A stretch of 64,000 nt of DNA, from assembly GCA_042571725.1 (NCBI GenBank), contig JBHPFN010000001.1:5048-69047 (forward strand), in the 5' to 3' direction. This stretch comes from Candidatus Omnitrophota bacterium (GTDB lineage Bacteria; Omnitrophota; Gorgyraeia; VGKH01; JBHPFN01). This document shows positions 58,471 to 64,000 of this stretch, in pieces (the stretch's first letter is position 1; each line of letters opens with the position of its first letter). The notes under the pieces were generated by a model that saw nothing but the letters and a program-made list of their open reading frames with translations, was not told the DNA's origin and did not search any database. The position numbers and the translations under genes are program-made.

Positions 58471-58872
58471 TTACCTACGACGCAAGTCATTTACTATTTC
58501 ATATATGCTTGCTATTTTATCATTAAATAAGTCTTGGATGTTCATTAAATTACTAGTATTATTTTCTGTTGAATTATTAATAGCGTCTTCTGTCTTTTGT
58601 GCTAAATCGACGATGCTCTTATTCATATCCTTATAGGTTGTTTTAGTAGATTCATTCATATCCTTGTAGATCAATTCAACGGTTTTAGCCAGTGTTGCGT
58701 GCGTAATAAACATGTCTCGGTTTGTACCGTCTAAAGAAATGTCTGCCATCGCAGCGGTGTAACTCAAGCCTCTTCTGGTTTGAAAGATTAAATAGTAACA
58801 AAAGATGTTGGAAATCACTAACGCGGCAATAATAATTCCTAAGGTTCCTGTTGGTTGCTTTTGAGTTTTCAT
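58471..58872 (-). CDS. Membrane-anchored hypothetical protein
   Basis: 133-aa ORF with one N-terminal TM helix and a polar helical C-terminal part. RBS GAGAGGAG. Confidence 0.4.
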   Translation of the reverse strand: MKTQKQPTGTLGIIIAALVISNIFCYYLIFQTRRGLSYTAAMADISLDGTNRDMFITHATLAKTVELIYKDMNESTKTTYKDMNKSIVDLAQKTEDAINNSTENNTSNLMNIQDLFNDKIASIYEIVNDLRRR

Positions 58873-58893
58873 TCTATTGTTCTCCTCTCTTTA

Positions 58894-59493
58894 TCACTCG
58901 TCCTTAGATTTCGGCTGATTTTCGAGAATCCGCTTACCTCTTTTATCAAATAGTGATTTCATCAGAGATAAAATTCCTAACGCCAAAAGCGAATGCGTTA
59001 CAACCTGTAGGCCTGTACAGACCTCGATGTCTGCAAATAACCTTTCCTGATCAATAACACTTAGATGTTTATAGAAAAACGCAAACATCCCCAGCGCAGC
59101 CAATCCCGAAACCACATCGAAAAACCTGGTGTACTTCCGATACACAGAAGACCAGGCGCAGAGTAGCGCAAACAGAGGCAAAAAATACAATAGATATACG
59201 ATATTCCCTGTCTCTTCCTGGAACTCCAAAGGTATCTGATAGCCGCTTAAGGTTAGCTTAAGCTTTTTTCCTGTAAAAAGTGCAGTAAAACCATCAACCA
59301 CTCCCTTGGTTATCGTAACAGTTGTCTTAGCCACACCGGTAAAATCCACATCTTGAATCACCTTAGTAGAATCAGCCAGAGGCTTAATAATACTGCCGCT
59401 GCCAGTCACCCAAGGCATAAAAAAAGCAATAATGATAACTACCGATACGCAAAAGATTAAGAAGCTAATTTTTTGAATTTTATCCTCGTTCAT
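58894..59493 (-). CDS. Polytopic membrane protein of unknown function
   Basis: 199-aa ORF with 4-5 hydrophobic helices. The start region is duplicated (R1, R2, uORF). Confidence 0.45.
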   Translation of the reverse strand: MNEDKIQKISFLIFCVSVVIIIAFFMPWVTGSGSIIKPLADSTKVIQDVDFTGVAKTTVTITKGVVDGFTALFTGKKLKLTLSGYQIPLEFQEETGNIVYLLYFLPLFALLCAWSSVYRKYTRFFDVVSGLAALGMFAFFYKHLSVIDQERLFADIEVCTGLQVVTHSLLALGILSLMKSLFDKRGKRILENQPKSKDE

Positions 59494-59519
59494 AAATCTG
59501 TAAAATTCAACACTCCCTC
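59463..59519 (-). repeat. R2: intact copy of the repeat (RBS plus first 10 codons of gene 58894-59493)
   Basis: See R1. About four-fifths of positions are identical by eye over 57 nt, and similarity stops abruptly on both sides. Confidence 0.6.
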
Positions 59520-59576
59520 TTTTTCAGGCTGGGTGTGAACTTTTTCCTCGTTCATGAAGTCACTCTCTGAATGTCA

Positions 59577-60323
59577 CTACCTACCAAACGGATTCTCTCC
59601 GTCATCGCCTAGGTAACCTTCTACCGCGCCTTCAGAAAAATCACCTACTACCTTACTTGCTTCCCCAAGGGGCTTACCAATAAGATCTTTTACCACATCC
59701 TTAAAACTATTCCATTCCTTCTTTTCTTTTTCAGTGACGGCAACCGGCTCTGCAATCTCGCCGCCTTTGGCAACTTCTGTTCCAGAGCCCTGTTCTATTT
59801 TTTTATCAGTTACCACATTGCCTTGTTCGTCTAACCCTTTCACCGCTACCTCTCCCTCAAAACAACGGACTGAGGTCTGCTTGCCAGACTCCATTGACCA
59901 ACCGGTCCCTCTAACACCTGCGACAGCAGTAGGGGTACGTATTTGAAAGGTTTCTTCCTTGTCCATCCGCTCTATCAATGAAAACACCCTTCCCTTAGGA
60001 AGCTCAAGGTTCCCAGCGTCAATATCCGCTATCTTTATCTGGGAATTCTGCTTGATTGTCATTGCCCTCTCTAACTTTTCGCCAAAACTAAACGTGCACT
60101 CCGCGTTCTTTTTTGTTAATAATTCATAATTTGTATCGAGATGCTCGCCTTCTTTTGCCTTTCTCCAGCGCTGGTCTTCATTTTCTCTTACCATAACGCG
60201 TCCTTTAATCTCAAATATCCTTACGTCCTCCGCGAAGCTGGTGACGGTGAAAATAGAAACAGCTAGTACAGCCAATAATATCTTTCTCACTACATCCTCC
60301 TTACTATGCGCAATTTGAAGCAA
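59577..60323 (-). CDS. Secreted FecR-domain protein
   Basis: 248-aa ORF with a signal-like N-terminus. TPTAVAGVRGTGW motif and preceding beta-rich region typical of the FecR (PF04773-like) domain. Confidence 0.6.
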   Translation of the reverse strand: MLQIAHSKEDVVRKILLAVLAVSIFTVTSFAEDVRIFEIKGRVMVRENEDQRWRKAKEGEHLDTNYELLTKKNAECTFSFGEKLERAMTIKQNSQIKIADIDAGNLELPKGRVFSLIERMDKEETFQIRTPTAVAGVRGTGWSMESGKQTSVRCFEGEVAVKGLDEQGNVVTDKKIEQGSGTEVAKGGEIAEPVAVTEKEKKEWNSFKDVVKDLIGKPLGEASKVVGDFSEGAVEGYLGDDGENPFGR

Positions 60324-60334
60324 TTCCGATATCT

Positions 60335-61687
60335 TTACGTTTCTTTTAAGTACTTTAAGATATTTTCGTATATTGAGGCATACTTATCTCTTGGGGGAGG
60401 GAAGAAGCTGGAATTATGCCATAAAAAGGCAAATACCCCCTTATAACGCCTGACTTTTTCAACAAGAAATTTGATTCTTTGCTCTACCTTCTCTGGAGAT
60501 GCGGCCTGATAGCTCATAAGGCTGCTCTCCATAACAATCAGGGGCCGTTCCTTGAGCTTTAATTTCTTTCGCGTATGGCAATTAAAAACACTATATTCAT
60601 AACAGGTTCCACAGCGGAAGCCCTCTTTCTCTGGGTATCCTAAGGAACTATCGCATATCATATTGTTATCTTCCCAGATCTGCCAGGTGGTAGGCACTTC
60701 AAATCTAAGATAGTGCTGCCTGCCTTCTTTTACCGCAATGTTTAACGTGCGCTCAAGTAAATCTTTTTCATTCTTCCACCGCAGAGGATCAGCACGCGAA
60801 GCATAGCTAGGATGAAAACCTATAATATGACCCCTCTGCTGTATCATCCGGCACAGTTCTCCTATCTTTGGGTCAGCAATATCATAGTGGTTATCATAGC
60901 GCGTGTATCCCTTGCTCATAAAATAAAAACGTGATTGTATATTATTTGATTCTGCCACATCCATTAATAGCTCAAAGGTATCATAGGGATCCTTTGTTTT
61001 GCTTTTCTTTACCTTAGAGTACTGCTGTGCGATACGTAATGCAACCTTGAACCCTACGCCTTTTAATGCTAACTCTGCTGGTTTGATGAATGCATCCTTC
61101 CAATCATTCCAAAACCGAACCTCATCTACGTCGTGAGTGAGCAAAAATTTAAACTGCCTGTTCTTTCTTTGCTGAGCGCATCCAAGAAAGGTAATCATAT
61201 TCCACAACATTTCTACATATTCATTCACTATCGGCCTATCCAAGAAATTATGTTTATATGCCAAGCTTTCTGCTGCGGGGAAACGGTCATGTGCGTCTCG
61301 TGCTGTAAGCACACGTTCCTCCCAGCGGGTAAGCATGAAAAAACACGATGCAAAGATATCAATACCAGAGAGCATCTCATGCTCTTCAACGATGAACTCA
61401 TCATTACCATAGATTATAGGAATACTATTTTCAGAGGTAAATTGATTTTTGGTATACTGCACGCTTTTTGGGATATTATTTGCATTCAAATAACTGACAC
61501 GGCCATCAAATCGAAAAAAGAAATGGTCCCGTATGATAAGCGTGTTGCCATATTCCAAAACGATGCGGTACTCTTTGACATCAGAAGCGTGTATCTCATA
61601 TTCAAGCCCTAAAAATTCGCCAAAAAGTATATCGATTACATAACTACGTTCCTGTAAAGAAGATCGTGGTACATATATGGTAATCAT
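60335..61687 (-). CDS. Polysaccharide deacetylase-like (CE4-related) protein
   Basis: 450-aa ORF. LLTHDVDEV motif, with later HPSY and W..H motifs consistent with a NodB-like fold. The N-terminal ~180 aa are unassigned. Confidence 0.5.
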   Translation of the reverse strand: MITIYVPRSSLQERSYVIDILFGEFLGLEYEIHASDVKEYRIVLEYGNTLIIRDHFFFRFDGRVSYLNANNIPKSVQYTKNQFTSENSIPIIYGNDEFIVEEHEMLSGIDIFASCFFMLTRWEERVLTARDAHDRFPAAESLAYKHNFLDRPIVNEYVEMLWNMITFLGCAQQRKNRQFKFLLTHDVDEVRFWNDWKDAFIKPAELALKGVGFKVALRIAQQYSKVKKSKTKDPYDTFELLMDVAESNNIQSRFYFMSKGYTRYDNHYDIADPKIGELCRMIQQRGHIIGFHPSYASRADPLRWKNEKDLLERTLNIAVKEGRQHYLRFEVPTTWQIWEDNNMICDSSLGYPEKEGFRCGTCYEYSVFNCHTRKKLKLKERPLIVMESSLMSYQAASPEKVEQRIKFLVEKVRRYKGVFAFLWHNSSFFPPPRDKYASIYENILKYLKET

Positions 61688-61712
61688 TTCTATTGGGCCC
61701 TATATCCACTCA

Positions 61713-63017
61713 TTATGAAAGCGATAGTTGTGAAGTGATGATTTTGTTTACTTTCTCGACTTGTTTTTTGTGCGAGAACTGCGCAATAAAATCTTCGTTG
61801 GGATTGATGATGATTTCGTTTTTTTGAAGTTTTAGCATAAAATCTTTGATACGATTAACATCCCTACCGCAAAAAAAACACACCCCTGTTTTATACAAGA
61901 ATTCACCTACGTATGAACCCCTGTCTACACCGATACAGAAGATAGGCTTCCTGGCTGCCATGTATTCGAAAATCTTACCGGTTAAAACACCGTCGTTCTT
62001 CTCGTCGTTCTCAATAAAAAGAAGCGCTGAAGCCTGTTTGTATTTTTCGAGAACAGACGTAAAGGAAAGTAATCCCTTGTACTTGACAATCTTTGCAGCT
62101 GCAGGATGGTGCGCGAGCTGTTCTTTGACTATGCATTCAGTTATGGAGGAACCGTAAAACTCAATCTGTATCTTACCAGCCTCCCCTCTCTTGGTTAATT
62201 CCTCGGCTGCCTGCAGCAGAGAGGTAATGTCGTGCCGAGTCCGATACAGAGTACCAAAATACATAATGCGCTCTACGTCCGTTTTGTGAGAGGTAACATC
62301 TGATTCAAAATCAAATCCGTTCTCTATCACGCTTATTTTTTTGTGTGCAAATTTCTTTTCTAACGTCTTTTTCAAAATCTCTGAGACGGTAATGATTACA
62401 TCTGCTTTTTTTAAGGCATTTTTCTCCGCTTGATTCTCCCAAGCGCTAAAAGGAAACATTCCTCTATAATTAGCATGCTGTGTCCATAAGTCTCTGAAGT
62501 CAGCAATCCAGAAAATATCCGGATGTCTTTTTTTAATCGCAGCTGCAATGCGCACAACCGTAGGGGGAGGTGAGCTAGAAATAATGACATCTACACCCTT
62601 TTCTTTAATAATGTGCTCTACCTTTTTATAGGCGTGCGTGAACCACGGTTCTGAAAATGAGGGGAAACGCGTAAAGCCTAACAGGATGCCCCGTTCTGAT
62701 AACCGGTTAACCACAGCTGTCCCTTTTTCTATACATGCACTGCCAAGGCTCTTTTGTGCCGATATGCTGGGGCTGCTTTTTTTTCTAGCGATTTTTCTTA
62801 TGAGGTTGCGCGCGTCAAAATACGCAAGACGGTAAACTTTCAGAAAAGACTCTTCCATGCAAAAATCCTGTGCATCCCTGACATCAGGAGTATCTGCGGT
62901 TACTACGGTTACATCATGCCCTGCTTCAGTAAGATACTTCGCCCAGGAGTAGATACGGCGGCAGCCAACTGTATTAACAGGCGGGAAAAAATAGGTTATA
63001 AGAAGAATACGTGCCAT
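61713..63017 (-). CDS. Glycosyltransferase, GT4-like (GT-B fold)
   Basis: Start at MARILLITYFFPPVNTVGCRR (ATG 63017). The C-terminal half has the E-x7-E-like region GKIFEYMAARKPIF. Confidence 0.68.
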   Translation of the reverse strand: MARILLITYFFPPVNTVGCRRIYSWAKYLTEAGHDVTVVTADTPDVRDAQDFCMEESFLKVYRLAYFDARNLIRKIARKKSSPSISAQKSLGSACIEKGTAVVNRLSERGILLGFTRFPSFSEPWFTHAYKKVEHIIKEKGVDVIISSSPPPTVVRIAAAIKKRHPDIFWIADFRDLWTQHANYRGMFPFSAWENQAEKNALKKADVIITVSEILKKTLEKKFAHKKISVIENGFDFESDVTSHKTDVERIMYFGTLYRTRHDITSLLQAAEELTKRGEAGKIQIEFYGSSITECIVKEQLAHHPAAAKIVKYKGLLSFTSVLEKYKQASALLFIENDEKNDGVLTGKIFEYMAARKPIFCIGVDRGSYVGEFLYKTGVCFFCGRDVNRIKDFMLKLQKNEIIINPNEDFIAQFSHKKQVEKVNKIITSQLSLS

Positions 63018-63104
63018 AATCAGTGATGTTATTGTATCTCTATTCTCTTTTTTTGACAAGGGTTTAAAGCAACAGAAGGCAAATAAAGCGTAAAAAGCAG
63101 AAAA

Positions 63105-63641
63105 TTATGAATAAAACTGATCTCTTACAGAAGATCGGGTAAGAAATATAATGGCAGCGGCGCTTGCGAAAAGAGTAGGTATCTCTACCACGAGCTGGCT
63201 GAGGATAAAATCTTGCCCGGCAATATTTTGTTCCCAAAGGCCAACCAGCACATAGAAAGAAAATATGGTTATAATGACAATCCATGCTAAAGAAATGCCT
63301 AGCTCCCGAGCCCCGTTTCTTAACTGCAATATCCCCGCACCGCTTACCAGTGCACCGGTAGGAATGGCTAAGCGTTGGATGAAGATAAACACACAATACA
63401 AAGACGTTGGTAGAAAATCCATCTGGAGATCCTTTGACAATGAAAATACCTTACCAAAACCACCGGTCATACCAGGAGTGTTGGCTGTTTGTATTGCAAC
63501 CACGGTTACCCAAATTATGGGAGAAAGCATATATAAACCGTAGCCGATCAGCATCCATCCGATAATCGTTATCCCGGTTGACTTTGGGGACGGCAAGTTT
63601 ACTTGGCCTGAGTCTTCTTGCAGCATTGATTCTTTTTCCAT
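63105..63641 (-). CDS. Polytopic membrane protein of unknown function
   Basis: 178-aa ORF with five hydrophobic helices. Preferred over the overlapping 63064-63396 ORF. Confidence 0.4.
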   Translation of the reverse strand: MEKESMLQEDSGQVNLPSPKSTGITIIGWMLIGYGLYMLSPIIWVTVVAIQTANTPGMTGGFGKVFSLSKDLQMDFLPTSLYCVFIFIQRLAIPTGALVSGAGILQLRNGARELGISLAWIVIITIFSFYVLVGLWEQNIAGQDFILSQLVVEIPTLFASAAAIIFLTRSSVRDQFYS

Positions 63642-63688
63642 AGATTATCTAGCTTGAAACATTAACGCTGACTCGCAGTACGGATTTG

Positions 63689-64000
63689 CTAAACGAGCCC
63701 TTCTTTGTTGGTGTCTCCGCTGGCGTGTTTAATAAGGGCATTAAGAGGCTCGTGTGCCATATTAAGCAGCTTTGCACCGATCATAAAGCTGTTATCTGCC
63801 TGGGGGGTGGCTCTAATGACTTTTGCGGCAGCTGCAACAGGTGCTTCAGAGAGTTTTTTTCCGAGCGATTCAGGCAGGCTTAATTCAAGGGCAATAGTTG
63901 AATAAATCGGTACTTCGTGATCAAGCTTAAATGAAAAACCGTCCCAGCTCACATCCTTTGTTTCAGAGGTAGCAACATGATCATCAACGACAACCTTCGT
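63689..64000 (-). CDS. PilZ-like domain protein (5' end outside the window)
   Basis: The reading frame stays open to position 64000 (…TKVVVDDHVATSETKDVSWDGFSF…). DVSWDG fits the D-x-S-x-x-G half of the PilZ motif. The RxxxR half would lie outside the window. Confidence 0.4.
   Translation of the reverse strand, partial: TKVVVDDHVATSETKDVSWDGFSFKLDHEVPIYSTIALELSLPESLGKKLSEAPVAAAAKVIRATPQADNSFMIGAKLLNMAHEPLNALIKHASGDTNKEGLV

Noticed and set aside
63064-63396. A 110-aa ORF overlapping the 63105-63641 ORF on the same strand in another frame.
   Set aside because: The longer frame encodes regular hydrophobic helices. The shorter one is Cys/Arg-rich with no recognisable features.

Overview
The window is almost entirely coding. 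It looks like part of a Gram-negative-type bacterial chromosome, because it carries lpxB, an msbA-like gene and an outer-membrane beta-barrel candidate. All but four genes are on the minus strand. All calls come from reading motifs and architecture by eye. No database search was run.

From 1 to about 45 kb the content is core metabolism:
- pfkA, ahcY-metK, and a PTS-Ntr-like set (ptsI, ptsH, ptsN) flanking a GH57 enzyme and a YvcK homolog.
- Three tRNAs (Gly-GCC, Leu-UAG, Lys-UUU) and the rpsB-tsf-pyrH-frr operon.
- msbA-like, lpxB, and a DUF134 / NifX-like / His-rich transporter trio.
- pyrG, DUF1846, and two tandem full-length carB paralogs with a single carA.
- A large nitrogen block: fis-like-gltB-gltD, glnA, porin-amtB-glnK, and an ECF-type sigma factor.

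The most unusual items are:
1. A tightly coupled operon at 51179-57160. It encodes a membrane protein ending in a (Cys-His-x-Ala)x7 tail, a radical SAM/SPASM enzyme with a PqqD-like N-terminal domain, a membrane protein, and a radical SAM-bicupin fusion. A ferritin-like protein and a Spy/CpxP-like protein with a Cys/Met/His tail sit just upstream. Imperfect 57-nt direct repeats about 9.4 kb apart bracket this block.
2. A second glutamine synthetase fused to an N-terminal excisionase/MerR-type HTH (46875-48401), with a perfect 16-bp palindrome over its own promoter.
3. A recurring promoter -> intrinsic-terminator-like hairpin -> RBS arrangement at four loci. Two of the hairpins are clearly paralogous, one in front of glnA and one in front of the sigma factor gene.

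No CRISPR array, rRNA, integrase or transposase was seen. A near-invariant promoter pattern, TTGACA-N16/17-TATACT, recurs in intergenic regions.
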